A stretch of 64,000 bases of DNA from the IMG/VR virus record IMGVR_UViG_3300031521_000011, positions 104,245 to 168,244 of that record. One strand, given 5' to 3'. The notes beneath the pieces were generated by a model. It made no database searches. It saw only the letters and a list, made by a program, of their open reading frames with translations, and was not told the DNA's origin. The translations under genes and the position numbers were made by a program. This stretch comes from a virus. Positions 10,736 to 23,985 of this stretch are shown in pieces; position 1 is the first letter of the stretch, and each line of letters starts with the position of its first letter.

Positions 10736-11518
10736 ATGAGTTATCCAGGTTTGGAGGCCGGGGAAGTAGCCCCAAATTCTGTCGTTTTTAATATTGCAAG
10801 CACGCTGAATAATCAGAATATTCAGTCGGCTTTGTCTTTACTAAATACATGGAATCCTTCAGACATGGCAAAGCAGAGAGCCGTATTGGCAAGCTACATT
10901 GCATCAATTGATACTGAGCTCCAGGGTAAAAAGGAAATCTTACTGCGAATGATATATGTACAACATTTGGAGAAAGATTCGTTTGGGACAGTTAATCAGT
11001 GGGTGCCGGCTATCTTGCCGCAACTCCAGCAGCAATTTGCCAAAGTAGCATCAAATGCTGAGGAGCAGAGATTGCAGCTCGTTCAGATGGGTATGAATAT
11101 ATCACCTGGAAAGACTCCAGATCAATCAGTGACCACATCTACACTCCAGGCGAGGGAAGTTCTAAATCGCTACACCTTTACTATGAATTACTACAAGGAA
11201 TTTTCTGTATTCATAACAGACTGCGCCAGTATTATGAAAGAGGTAAACACCCAACGGGAGTCAAATAGTGCGATTCTGTCCAAGATCAATAAATTAACAG
11301 CGTCCACAGCGCAAGCGATAAAAAATATTTTAGATAATCGCTCCAAAGTGGACAATAAATTAGCTATAATATCTATGTGCAATGCGATTATCTCAAGACT
11401 AAGTGTAGACGGCAAAACAACGCAGTGGCTATGTGAAAAAAGTTTGGATGAAGCGAAGGTGTGGCTCGATGGCGCAAACATTAAAGTTGATTCATTCCTG
11501 TCCCCATATGCAGGCTAA
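10736..11518 (+). CDS. Hypothetical helical virion-module protein
   Basis: Abuts previous stop (TAAATG); 260-aa ORF. Confidence 0.6.
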   Translation: MSYPGLEAGEVAPNSVVFNIASTLNNQNIQSALSLLNTWNPSDMAKQRAVLASYIASIDTELQGKKEILLRMIYVQHLEKDSFGTVNQWVPAILPQLQQQFAKVASNAEEQRLQLVQMGMNISPGKTPDQSVTTSTLQAREVLNRYTFTMNYYKEFSVFITDCASIMKEVNTQRESNSAILSKINKLTASTAQAIKNILDNRSKVDNKLAIISMCNAIISRLSVDGKTTQWLCEKSLDEAKVWLDGANIKVDSFLSPYAG

Positions 11519-12197
11519 GACTACAGATACATGGGTGGAGAAGCTTGTGACCAGGGGAAATTTGGAATATGACATAATTGACAGCAGGAGGGTTTCTAAA
11601 ATCCTCTTGGTATGTCAGAATCCAATACCCAGCACGATTCATATATATGAGAGCGGACCCGACTTTATGCTTTACACGCACAACAAGATACGCTGGATTG
11701 GAAATGATAAGCCGACGGAATCAAGCCAGTATAGTATCATATATATTGTTCAGGACGTTTCTAACCAGCAGTATAATATAGATAACTGTCCTGTATGTGG
11801 CGGCAATGGGTGGTATGCAGGGATCATAGATGAGGTTACTGGCAAGTTTGAAATTGTTTCAGGAATTGATAAACTGACTCAAGATGTAATTAAGTTTATC
11901 CTTACAGTCCAAAAGGGAAACTATGGAACAACGCTTAAGTCTATCATAGGAAAAAATATGTCTAATGAAAGTGCGCTGCGAGAGCAAATTACATCTACCA
12001 TCTCCATAATGGAGCAACAATACAAAGAGACTCAGGCAAGCGCCATCATGGAAGGCATGGAGGTTTCAGACAGCGAACTTCTTGATTATATTTATGTCTC
12101 GGAGCTGGAAATCGACAGTGAAGCGGCATCGGTGTATATAACAATACATGCATATAGCGTGTCTCGAGAGAGCGCAAAAGTAACGTTAAAGGTATGA
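11508..12197 (+). CDS. Baseplate wedge protein (gp25/gpW-like C-terminal domain)
   Basis: CPVCGGNG then VSGIDKLTQDVIKFILT..GNYGTTLKSIIG; directly upstream of baseplate J; start chosen at ATG 11508. Confidence 0.65.
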   Translation: MQAKTTDTWVEKLVTRGNLEYDIIDSRRVSKILLVCQNPIPSTIHIYESGPDFMLYTHNKIRWIGNDKPTESSQYSIIYIVQDVSNQQYNIDNCPVCGGNGWYAGIIDEVTGKFEIVSGIDKLTQDVIKFILTVQKGNYGTTLKSIIGKNMSNESALREQITSTISIMEQQYKETQASAIMEGMEVSDSELLDYIYVSELEIDSEAASVYITIHAYSVSRESAKVTLKV

Positions 12198-12208
12198 GGT
12201 GATAGATC

Positions 12209-13987
12209 ATGGCAGATGTTTCGTTGAGAATTACCGATGTCATTGAGATGATGGCAGGTTATATGAGAAGTAGGGTCAGGGCTGAGTATCCCGATATTGA
12301 TGTATCGGATGGCAGTCCATTCGACGATATCTTCATAGCTCCTATGAAAGAAATCTTTTCCCCATTTGTGACTATCGTTAATGAGATTGAAATTCGTAAC
12401 GATACTCCGAATGCTGCCGCATTGCCAAAGGCGATGCTTGATGAGCTTGGACAAGGAAGTTACTTTATGGTGCGCAGGGCCGGATCAAAGGCCACCGGTG
12501 AGGTAATATTTTCTTTCAAATCCATATCAGACACTCTCAACCTGATAATCCCAAAGGGGGTTATGCTCAGCACGAATGATGGATACTCCTATCAGGTATT
12601 TACTAGATTAGAGCTCTCACCGTTAGAGCTGTATGCGATGTATAACACCACAACCTTTATGTATGATATTCCCGTGCCAGTCGAAGCTCTCGATTTTGGC
12701 GAAGAATACAACGTAAATGCATACAGAGTTACCACCGTCGACACTGTATTTAGCACAAGTCTTGCTTATGTTAAAAACATATCTCCAATGACCGGAGGAG
12801 CTTCAGAGGAATCCAATGAAGAATATTGGGATAGAATCAAATCCTTTTATATCTCCAGGCAACTTGGTACGATCCCGGGGTATAAACAGTTCATTTTTGA
12901 AAACTTCCCAGAGATTGATGAGATATATGTATCCGGCCTCGGTGATAAGTATATGACCAGAGACACTATTGAATATACAGATGATGGCGTAAATAAGACC
13001 GTGACTGCTGGCGGTAAAATTGATATATATTTAAGGGGTGGTTCCTATAGCTCAGTAAAGAGTCAGGGCATAGCTAGAAACCTGAATCTACTGATTCAGG
13101 GAGCTATATATAGTACCATCGATATTACAGGAATTTCCGTATACAGGCTTGCTGATGGACCTGGACATCCAAAAGGGCGCACCGTAACTGAGTTCAGTCC
13201 GGGGACCGGACTTTCAACGCAGGCGCTTGTTGTTGTTGCAAGCACAGGCATATCTGTAGGAGATACTCTATGTGTTAGCTATTCCTATAGTCTTGATGGC
13301 GGCACTACCACGCTTACATCAACAGAAACATTTCCAATAAAGCTGTTAACGATACCGCTCTCTTGTCCTTTTGAGGATATTATATCGATTCGTAATCTGA
13401 CCCAGAATTACTACGTTGACATCTCCAACAATGCAAACTACAACATTACCACTATCAGTGATTTAGATTATGAGAATACTTCCAAGGAAGAAAAGACCAT
13501 CACGATAACTGATGCCGGCAGGCATAATGGGGATGTTATGGAGGTTGTCTATTCCTACAACCAGACAATAAACGTTCTAAATAACTTCTTCAACATAGAA
13601 GAGAATAGGATCGTAACAACAGACATTCTGCTCAAAGAAGCGCTTATTAAGTATATTAACATCTCCATGGTAATACACATGGGACCCGATTATACATATA
13701 CCTCTGACATTGCCACAAGCCTCAGAAACTCAGCAGAGCAATATTTTGGACAATTGACCATGGGGCAATCTGTACAAGAGCCTGACTTGATCAACGCACT
13801 ATATACCAATGAAAATGTTGGCGGAGCGATCGCCTACATCAACTTCCCATTGCAGGCTATGTATGTGGCAGTAGATCCTGATGCAGAGATTAGCTATAGT
13901 GCCAGGGTAGGCACATCACCAATAATCATTACGACTGAAGAAAGACAGTACGCACTGCTGAATAAAGTCGAAATTGAGGTTGTGTAA
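12209..13987 (+). CDS. Baseplate J-like protein
   Basis: RRAGSKATGEVIF, IPKGVML, VEALDFGEEYNV, TGGASEESNEEYWDRI, GGKIDIYL are typical baseplate J motifs. Confidence 0.88.
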   Translation: MADVSLRITDVIEMMAGYMRSRVRAEYPDIDVSDGSPFDDIFIAPMKEIFSPFVTIVNEIEIRNDTPNAAALPKAMLDELGQGSYFMVRRAGSKATGEVIFSFKSISDTLNLIIPKGVMLSTNDGYSYQVFTRLELSPLELYAMYNTTTFMYDIPVPVEALDFGEEYNVNAYRVTTVDTVFSTSLAYVKNISPMTGGASEESNEEYWDRIKSFYISRQLGTIPGYKQFIFENFPEIDEIYVSGLGDKYMTRDTIEYTDDGVNKTVTAGGKIDIYLRGGSYSSVKSQGIARNLNLLIQGAIYSTIDITGISVYRLADGPGHPKGRTVTEFSPGTGLSTQALVVVASTGISVGDTLCVSYSYSLDGGTTTLTSTETFPIKLLTIPLSCPFEDIISIRNLTQNYYVDISNNANYNITTISDLDYENTSKEEKTITITDAGRHNGDVMEVVYSYNQTINVLNNFFNIEENRIVTTDILLKEALIKYINISMVIHMGPDYTYTSDIATSLRNSAEQYFGQLTMGQSVQEPDLINALYTNENVGGAIAYINFPLQAMYVAVDPDAEISYSARVGTSPIIITTEERQYALLNKVEIEVV

Positions 13988-13988
13988 T

Positions 13989-15545
13989 ATGGACATAAAG
14001 GCGGTTTCAGATCAGTTATCCAATTTCTACAAAGACTATAGTGGAAATCCAGAAACCATGAATAGGTTTTTTGAGATATTCGCCGGAGCTGTAGATGTTG
14101 GATGCTCCTATATGAAGGGTATCAAGAGGAACAGTATACTGAGCACCATCGAGACATATCGCAAGGTGCCTTATTTCGCTATGAATATCTCTTCGATATC
14201 CTATTCTCTAACCAGCCTTTTAGCGAATCCATACACGGAAAAAGGTTTAGGATTAACTCGGTCTACATTATCCTCGAGGATTGAGCATTGGAATGCGACA
14301 GCAACAGTAGATCAAAAAGTAACGATATTAGATCAGGCATGGCTATACTGCACATTAAGGTTAGATCTTGAAGATGACGTTCAGGATGAGGGCCAGAAAA
14401 TATATGGATCTGACGGCGTAATTATTGATTTAAAGGTGGAAACCGTTGGTGGGATCGTTCTGCATCCTGAAAAGGACTATGTTCTCAGGGACCATAGATT
14501 CTATTTACTGAATGATATCGGAAAAATAGATGATGCTAAAGACATGATTGTACTTAAGGATATTTTGATTGACTACAATATTTCATATAATAGGCTTGGC
14601 CTGTTTCTCAATGCCCCGTATCAAAATATAATTTCAAAGCCTGAATACACAGCAATCAATAAGGTATTTTTGCAAGCTGCGCTGAAGGGTTCTACAATTA
14701 AAAATATCAAGGAAGCGATTGCTGCAGCGTTCGGTTGGAAATCCGCGCAGGTATACGACATGGAATCTAACCTTACTGCCGTGCAGCAGGCATACTGGAC
14801 ATCTGGGGCTTACAGTCCGTATCACTTCATTATCAGCATGCCGGTTGAGTATTATTCAGATAGCGCAAAAATTGCAATGCTGGACTTCTATCTGTCGGTA
14901 ATTACGCCGGCATATACAAAGCATGTCATCCAGTGGTCGGATTTGGCGTTTGAGACTATGGGCATTGCGGAAACTCAATCATTCAAGTTGACGCATCCGC
15001 CAGTCAATGATACTATGATACTTAGAGATGCAGTAGTTCCAAAAGCGTATGCTTTGGTGGAAAAAATAGAAACTGTAATATATCAGGAATTATCTGGATT
15101 TGACTCCAATGTCATTATCGGTGTTGATGGAGCCGTTCAGTCAGATCAAGATGAGCCGGTGCATGTCCTTCTTGAAGGGGAGACGACCGATCCGGGTCCT
15201 GGTATTATCGAAGCGGGAGAGTGGACAGATACGGTTGGGGTTAACCTAATCACTTTTCCTCAGATACCTCTCTTGGTTTCATGTACGGTAAATGGTACCA
15301 TCGCAAGCATAAAATTCAAGAATATATGTGTTGGAATTGCCTACTACCAAATCTTAAAAAATGGTATTGAGACAGGCAGAGTAACCCCAGATATCCCTGG
15401 ATCAGGTGAACAACTTGAGTATCAAGAGTCTCCAGGTCATGGAACATTCAGATATTCCATTAGGGCGGCGTGGATACCATTCCCAACAAGGCCTACCGAT
15501 GTACAATATTCGCTTGAGTGCCCAAAAACAACACTTACATTATAA
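13989..15545 (+). CDS. Baseplate wedge (gpI-like) protein with C-terminal Ig/Fn3-like domain
   Basis: KGSTIKNIKEAI...ITPAYTK pattern after J; YQILKNG...FRYSIRA tail. Confidence 0.55.
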   Translation: MDIKAVSDQLSNFYKDYSGNPETMNRFFEIFAGAVDVGCSYMKGIKRNSILSTIETYRKVPYFAMNISSISYSLTSLLANPYTEKGLGLTRSTLSSRIEHWNATATVDQKVTILDQAWLYCTLRLDLEDDVQDEGQKIYGSDGVIIDLKVETVGGIVLHPEKDYVLRDHRFYLLNDIGKIDDAKDMIVLKDILIDYNISYNRLGLFLNAPYQNIISKPEYTAINKVFLQAALKGSTIKNIKEAIAAAFGWKSAQVYDMESNLTAVQQAYWTSGAYSPYHFIISMPVEYYSDSAKIAMLDFYLSVITPAYTKHVIQWSDLAFETMGIAETQSFKLTHPPVNDTMILRDAVVPKAYALVEKIETVIYQELSGFDSNVIIGVDGAVQSDQDEPVHVLLEGETTDPGPGIIEAGEWTDTVGVNLITFPQIPLLVSCTVNGTIASIKFKNICVGIAYYQILKNGIETGRVTPDIPGSGEQLEYQESPGHGTFRYSIRAAWIPFPTRPTDVQYSLECPKTTLTL

Positions 15546-15557
15546 GGAGAAAGATGT

Positions 15558-16064
15558 ATGAATACTTTTGAAGAAACATTCCCGATGAGGGGCAGCGTAT
15601 CAAAAATTCTAAGGGATAGAGACTGGAACGTTGTTGAGCAACATATTGAGCATAACGTTATTCTCAATATTGGAAAAAACTTTATCCTGAAAGTTTTGAC
15701 GGGAGAAATGGCTGGTAGGTTTATCGCAACGATGGAGGTCGGCACCGGCGGTGTTGATCCAGCTCATCCATTTGTTGCCCTTGAAGCAAACTCCACCAAT
15801 ATCGGATTAGCCATTCCAATAGCTGGCGGTAAAGGAGAAAAGTCCATCGATTCCTTTACCTATAATGGTACATCTCCGGAGCAATCAGTAACATTTCGCG
15901 CTGTGTTTCTCAGTTCCACTGTGGATGCAACCGTATCGGAAGTTATTTTGAAATTCAATTCTGCAGGCAGCACGCCAGCAGCGCGACATACATTCCCCTC
16001 CATGTACATGGAGGATATTTCAGGATATTCACTCGAGATTTCATGGACATTAACATTTGCATAA
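15558..16064 (+). CDS. Tail-fibre attachment / baseplate protein
   Basis: HNVILNIGK..MEVGTGG..VTFRAVF..ISWTLTF resembles myovirus fibre N-terminal family. Confidence 0.6.
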   Translation: MNTFEETFPMRGSVSKILRDRDWNVVEQHIEHNVILNIGKNFILKVLTGEMAGRFIATMEVGTGGVDPAHPFVALEANSTNIGLAIPIAGGKGEKSIDSFTYNGTSPEQSVTFRAVFLSSTVDATVSEVILKFNSAGSTPAARHTFPSMYMEDISGYSLEISWTLTFA

Positions 16065-16082
16065 TGTATCTACAGGGAGGAC

Positions 16083-17513
16083 TTGACGATGTCAGCTATA
16101 ATTGATGTAAAATATAAGGCACAAATCACCAGCCTTACTTTCAACAGTAAGCTGGATGCGCTATACGGTGCATCCGGTATCGTGGAAGGTATGGCTGTTA
16201 CTCCCGATACTGGATTAAGAGTCGTAATTGGCGCCGGCCACTATATTATCGGTGGAGTTTCCTTATATGAAAATGGGACGATTAGTCCTGGAAACCCATT
16301 TCTTTTGGCGAGTTCACCGCCACTCGTTACGACGGTATATTACGTCATTGCTACTTATGACCATCTGCTCTCCACTGTAGAATATGCTATAACAACCAAT
16401 GCTGGCCTACTTGGCAATCCTAAAATAATCAAACTGGCTACTGTGACGTTGGCGCCCGGCGCTGCCTCTGTGACCAGCGGGAACATCGTCAAAGGATACG
16501 TCTTACTGAGAATTAAGGAACTGTCAGATCGCATGTACAATAAGCTGGATGCCATCGCTGCGAGTGATGACACATCAAGCGATACGGCGCTGACGAAATT
16601 GGTGTCCGATGCTCAGATGAAAAAATTGACCACCCTATCTCCGCATCCGGTATTCGCGGCATATTCCCAGGTAGATGATGGTACCGGTATCACGTTCTAT
16701 ACGGATATCAATGTAAATACGAACGGACATGTTATTGGCGGGCACCGGAAAACAATCACAAAGCTGGATATTACAAATCTAGGCATTCCAGGTAGTAATA
16801 CCACATATGCCGGATTTACTGACGACTCCACTAATGCTACCAGAAGCAAACTAGTCAGTGATCTTGAGATGAAGAATCTGGCTGACTTAATGAATGACGC
16901 GCTCACCTCAGTTCCGATAGCTTCAGCCAGCGACGTTGGCGGTGTGAAAATAGCTGCGCCTATGGCAATTGCCAATGGTATATTGAGCTTGGCCGGCTAT
17001 AGCTCAGCAACAAAGGTTGTAGATAGCGCCACTGGCCACAAGCATTTGCTGGCAGAGTCAGACATTACCAATCTGGTTAACGACCTATCGGCGAAAGCAA
17101 CAACCGCCTATGTTGACCAGAAGGTCGGTGAAATCTCCAGCGGCCTGGTATGGAAAGATCCAGTCACAAACTACGCCAACATTGCTACGACATACCCATC
17201 ACCTCAGGATGGATGGGTTGTTTCCGTAACAAGCACGGGTAACACCTATAGGTACAGCGGAACGACTTCGACATGGGTGTTATTTAACCTGGTAAGCATC
17301 CCACTTTCCTCCGCCACGGTAGATGGATTGATGGCGAAAGCACACTATACCGCGATGACCGAACTGATCAGTGGATTGAATTTGAACGCAGCCCGATTCC
17401 ATAAACACAGCTGGGATCAGCTTACATCGGTTCCAACGACATTTACACCGGCAGCCCATGGACATTCTGATCCTGACACGGCTGGCAGGTTGGTATATGC
17501 TGTTTATGCGTAA
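16083..17513 (+). CDS. Tail fibre protein
   Basis: GIVEGMAVTP N-terminus; ASASDVGGVK, SATVDGLMAK, HKHSWDQLT..AAHGH fibre motifs. Confidence 0.75.
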   Translation: MTMSAIIDVKYKAQITSLTFNSKLDALYGASGIVEGMAVTPDTGLRVVIGAGHYIIGGVSLYENGTISPGNPFLLASSPPLVTTVYYVIATYDHLLSTVEYAITTNAGLLGNPKIIKLATVTLAPGAASVTSGNIVKGYVLLRIKELSDRMYNKLDAIAASDDTSSDTALTKLVSDAQMKKLTTLSPHPVFAAYSQVDDGTGITFYTDINVNTNGHVIGGHRKTITKLDITNLGIPGSNTTYAGFTDDSTNATRSKLVSDLEMKNLADLMNDALTSVPIASASDVGGVKIAAPMAIANGILSLAGYSSATKVVDSATGHKHLLAESDITNLVNDLSAKATTAYVDQKVGEISSGLVWKDPVTNYANIATTYPSPQDGWVVSVTSTGNTYRYSGTTSTWVLFNLVSIPLSSATVDGLMAKAHYTAMTELISGLNLNAARFHKHSWDQLTSVPTTFTPAAHGHSDPDTAGRLVYAVYA

Positions 17514-17531
17514 ATCTGGAGAGGTATAGGT

Positions 17532-20480
<2,949 letters not shown>

Positions 20481-20517
20481 TATATCGAATATCAAAGAAT
20501 TAAATGGGGAGGAAATA

Positions 20518-21099
20518 ATGAAATCTGAATGGGAACAAGCAACAGATTGGGAAAGGGAATGGCACGGAAACTGTGTCAACTCATACCAAGAGGAGACTAA
20601 ACAGATTGAATACGCAAAACGAATGGGTCTGGTTATCGAAGGTAGAGATGGAAGATACCCTATTATCGATTTCCATGACAAATCTGTTATCGACGTTGGA
20701 GGTGGACCATATTCATTGCTACTCAAGGGAATCAATCTGCATGGAACCGTGCTTGATCCTTGTAAATACCCTCAATGGGTATACCAAAGATATGCGGCGG
20801 CCGGAATCCATATCATCGAGATGAAGGCTGAGGACTACTGCAATCCACGCTATGACATTGGGCTTCTGTATAACTGTCTGCAGCATACAGAAAATCCAAA
20901 GAAGATCATTGAAAATATGAAAAAGATGTGCGACTTGATTTATATCCATGAATGGCTAGATACACCAATATCGGATGGCCACATACAGACAATCCGGGAA
21001 GCGGATCTTAATGAGTGGTTAGAAGGAATTGGAATGATTGGATATGAACGCTGGAGCGACACTGTTGTAACGCCGTACTACTACGGATTGTTTATATAG
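20518..21099 (+). CDS. Class I SAM-dependent methyltransferase
   Basis: SVIDVGGGP motif I; YDIGLLYNCLQH; RBS GGAGG before ATG 20518. Confidence 0.75.
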   Translation: MKSEWEQATDWEREWHGNCVNSYQEETKQIEYAKRMGLVIEGRDGRYPIIDFHDKSVIDVGGGPYSLLLKGINLHGTVLDPCKYPQWVYQRYAAAGIHIIEMKAEDYCNPRYDIGLLYNCLQHTENPKKIIENMKKMCDLIYIHEWLDTPISDGHIQTIREADLNEWLEGIGMIGYERWSDTVVTPYYYGLFI

Positions 21100-21117
21100 A
21101 AAGAAGGAGTAAGCAGA

Positions 21118-22233
21118 ATGGAGAAACCAACAATTCATGTTATAGGGATGCCGCATATTCAAACCTCAAAAGCATATTGCAGAGATGCTTATGGAATGAA
21201 GATACTTCATTTTTGCCAAATGATGCATAAAGAAGGATACAAAATCATGCTTTATGCCAGTGAGGATAATGAGACGCCTGCCGAATTATTCACATGCATC
21301 ACTAAAGCTCAGCAAGCCAAGCTGGGTTTTGAAGGCCCTGAAGACTATCTGAACATACAGTTCGATGTCACCAAGCCTATCTGGCAGATATTTCAGTCCA
21401 GAGTGACTTATTTTCTGAATAAAAATGTAAGTCCCGGAGACATCATTGGTACATTCTCTGGGCTTTGCGACAAATCCATTGCTGACGCCTTTCCGCAATG
21501 CTATTTTGTAGAACTCGGGATCGGGTATTCTGGCGTATTTTCTGGCTTCCGCATCTTTGAATCTTATGCCTGGATGCATACGATTTACGGAGCATCCACC
21601 GGAAACGCATCTGCAACAGACGGCAAATTCTACGATACTGTGATCCCGAATTATTTTAATCCCGATGATTTTCCATTTAAAAGCGAAAAGGAAGATTATT
21701 TCCTATTCGTCGGGAGAATGATCTATCGGAAAGGAATTGTCATCATCAACGACATGGCTAAGCGTATGCCAAATACTAAATTTATCTTTGCAGGACAAGG
21801 CGCCGTTCAGTATAAAAACAAAATAGGTTGTAGCGATGGAACTGTTCTTGAGGGGGATAACCTGGAGTATATCGGAACTATCAATATAGAGCAGCGTGGT
21901 AAGCTGATGAGCGGAGCAAAAGCTCTCATTGTGCCTACTATTTACATCGGACCTTTTGAGGGCGTTCATGCAGAGGCTATGTTTTGCGGAACGCCCGTAA
22001 TAACCACGAACTTTGGTTGCTTTACAGAGACGAATATCGATGGTGTTACTGGATACCGATGCTCTACGATCAAACAATTCGTTGAAGCTGCAAGCAAGGT
22101 ATCATCCCTCGATCCTATGAAGATACGGGCTCATGCCCTGTCAAAATTTTCTATGGATAGTGTTGCTCCTCAATATACGAAATATTTTGAGCAAATTCAG
22201 GGTTTAGCTAACGGCGGATTCTATGAAATGTAG
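21118..22233 (+). CDS. Glycosyltransferase family 4 (GT-B fold)
   Basis: FLFVGRMIYRKG and PTIYIGPFEGVHAEAMFCGTPVIT motifs. Confidence 0.9.
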   Translation: MEKPTIHVIGMPHIQTSKAYCRDAYGMKILHFCQMMHKEGYKIMLYASEDNETPAELFTCITKAQQAKLGFEGPEDYLNIQFDVTKPIWQIFQSRVTYFLNKNVSPGDIIGTFSGLCDKSIADAFPQCYFVELGIGYSGVFSGFRIFESYAWMHTIYGASTGNASATDGKFYDTVIPNYFNPDDFPFKSEKEDYFLFVGRMIYRKGIVIINDMAKRMPNTKFIFAGQGAVQYKNKIGCSDGTVLEGDNLEYIGTINIEQRGKLMSGAKALIVPTIYIGPFEGVHAEAMFCGTPVITTNFGCFTETNIDGVTGYRCSTIKQFVEAASKVSSLDPMKIRAHALSKFSMDSVAPQYTKYFEQIQGLANGGFYEM

Positions 22234-22289
22234 TTGAAAACTGGCGCACTGAAAGATTATTAGGTATACTTAGATTCGGGGTGATAATT

Positions 22290-23864
22290 ATGGCTTTCGT
22301 AACGGCTGGCGTTAAAATCTACGCCACCAACTATAATAGAGTAAAGGGCAGAATAGCAGCTGAGTTAGCTCGGCGTGGATTGACATCCACATTGAGAAGC
22401 AATGTTACCGCTGGAATAAAGATGCTGGCAACTGATATGTCTAGCCTTCAAACCAATATTAATAAGATTGCCACGCACTATTCTTCGCTTATGGCGGCTG
22501 GTACTAAAATCAGAGCTTCTGACTATAATAACCTGGATGACCAAGTGCAGGCGCATGTCAACTTTGATATTTATTCGCTGGTCGCCACGGATTGCGCCTC
22601 AAGCTGTACCGGTGGATGCTATACCGCCTGCTCAGCAAGCTGTAAAAATACGTGTACCGGTAACTGCTCAACGTCCTGTAGCGGAGCGTGTGGTGTTGTC
22701 TGCACCGCTTCATGTGGTGGCTGTGGCGCAGGCTGTTGGAGTACCTGCGCGGCGGGATGCGCTGGCTGTAGCGGCACCTGCAATGGATGCACTGGACAAT
22801 GCTCATCAACATGCAAAACGGCATGCGCCGGCTGTGGAACGAGTTGCGTGACGGCATGCAGCACCGGATGCAATGGATGCACCGGGCACTGTAATGGATG
22901 CACTGGTCAATGTTCCGCCAAATGCGCTACTGTATGCGCAAGCTGCTCTGGACAGTGTAGCAGCGCATGCGCCGGTGGATGTCATGGATGCTCAGGACAG
23001 TGCGATACAGACTGCACAGGGGCCTGTACCGGGCGTTGTCTTACCGTATGCGGTGTATGTGCCTCTAGCTGCTCAAGCGCTTGTAAGGGCTGCAGTGGGT
23101 GTTCTACGTCATGCGGATCTAACTGCTCGACGAACTGTGGTACAGATTGTGCTGGTGGATGCAATACCAACTGCACTGGCTCATGTACTTCGACCTGTTC
23201 TATAGCGTGCTATAGTGTTTGCGGGGGCTGCTCTAACGGATGCGCCAGCTGTACTGGAGGATGTCAGGGTGCCTGTAAGGGATGCGATACGACGTGTAGC
23301 ACAGGATGCAGTGGGGCCTGTAAGGGGTCATGCAACAACGGCTGCACTGGTTGTGATACAGTATGTACAGGCGGCTGTAAGGGATGCAGTGCATGTGGAA
23401 ATGGAAGCTGCTCTCAATCATGCGGAATCGCGTGTTCGTCCTGCAAGGGTGCATGCACTGGTTGCTCAACCGGATGTTCTACAAGTTGTAATGCCGCATG
23501 CACTACTGGTTGCGGAAGTACCTGTGATAATAACTGCGCCAGTGATTGTGAAGGTGGATGCACCGGTACCTGTAATGGCTGTTCTACCACATGCACCGGC
23601 GGATGTTCAACCGCCTGTACGGCTTGTGGTGGAAATTGCGATAATAACTGCGCCAGTAATTGCGAGGGTGGATGCACCGGTGGATGCACGGCATGCAATA
23701 CTACATGCAGCAGTGGGTGTAAGGCAACCTGTAAAGATGCATGCGGCGGATGTGCGGCCGCATGCCTGGGTGGCTGCACTGGATGCGCCGCATTATGTAC
23801 AGGTGGCTGCACTGGATGCAGCTCCAACTGTATGGGTTCATGCAAAACGGGTGCTACTACCTGA
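22290..23864 (+). CDS. Giant CXXX-repeat Cys-rich protein, putative rSAM substrate (524 aa, 111 Cys)
   Basis: 101-aa Cys-free N-terminus, then 423 aa of CxxxC/CxxC repeats (hand count 111 Cys, no Pro); adjacent rSAM/SPASM. Confidence 0.88.
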   Translation: MAFVTAGVKIYATNYNRVKGRIAAELARRGLTSTLRSNVTAGIKMLATDMSSLQTNINKIATHYSSLMAAGTKIRASDYNNLDDQVQAHVNFDIYSLVATDCASSCTGGCYTACSASCKNTCTGNCSTSCSGACGVVCTASCGGCGAGCWSTCAAGCAGCSGTCNGCTGQCSSTCKTACAGCGTSCVTACSTGCNGCTGHCNGCTGQCSAKCATVCASCSGQCSSACAGGCHGCSGQCDTDCTGACTGRCLTVCGVCASSCSSACKGCSGCSTSCGSNCSTNCGTDCAGGCNTNCTGSCTSTCSIACYSVCGGCSNGCASCTGGCQGACKGCDTTCSTGCSGACKGSCNNGCTGCDTVCTGGCKGCSACGNGSCSQSCGIACSSCKGACTGCSTGCSTSCNAACTTGCGSTCDNNCASDCEGGCTGTCNGCSTTCTGGCSTACTACGGNCDNNCASNCEGGCTGGCTACNTTCSSGCKATCKDACGGCAAACLGGCTGCAALCTGGCTGCSSNCMGSCKTGATT

Positions 23865-23887
23865 TCTGAATGGTCCGAACACACTAC

Positions 23888-23924
23888 AATATCTGCCCGA
23901 ATCAGTTCGAGCAGATATTTTTTT
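23888..23924 (+). terminator. Rho-independent terminator after the Cys-rich gene
   Basis: AATATCTGC-c-CGAA-tcag-TTCG-a-GCAGATATT followed by T run. Confidence 0.7.
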
Positions 23925-23925
23925 C

Positions 23926-23954
23926 TTGTCAACCTATCTGTCCTGAGGTATAAT
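23926..23954 (+). promoter_or_regulatory. sigmaA/sigma70-type promoter for the rSAM maturase
   Basis: TTGTCA-17 nt-TATAAT, 31 nt upstream of ATG 23986. Confidence 0.7.
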
Positions 23955-23985
23955 ACGACCAGAATCAAAAAATAGCGAGGTAACT

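Noticed and set aside
22290-23864. Eukaryotic contamination (keratin-associated, metallothionein or VSP-like gene)
   Set aside because: Embedded in a phage operon with an SD-like site, terminator and a cognate rSAM next door
22468-23968. Alternative-frame and antisense ORFs over the Cys-rich gene (e.g. 23215-23946 +, 23414-23968 -)
   Set aside because: By-products of repetitive TGY/GGN/ACN codons; no RBS or domain signal
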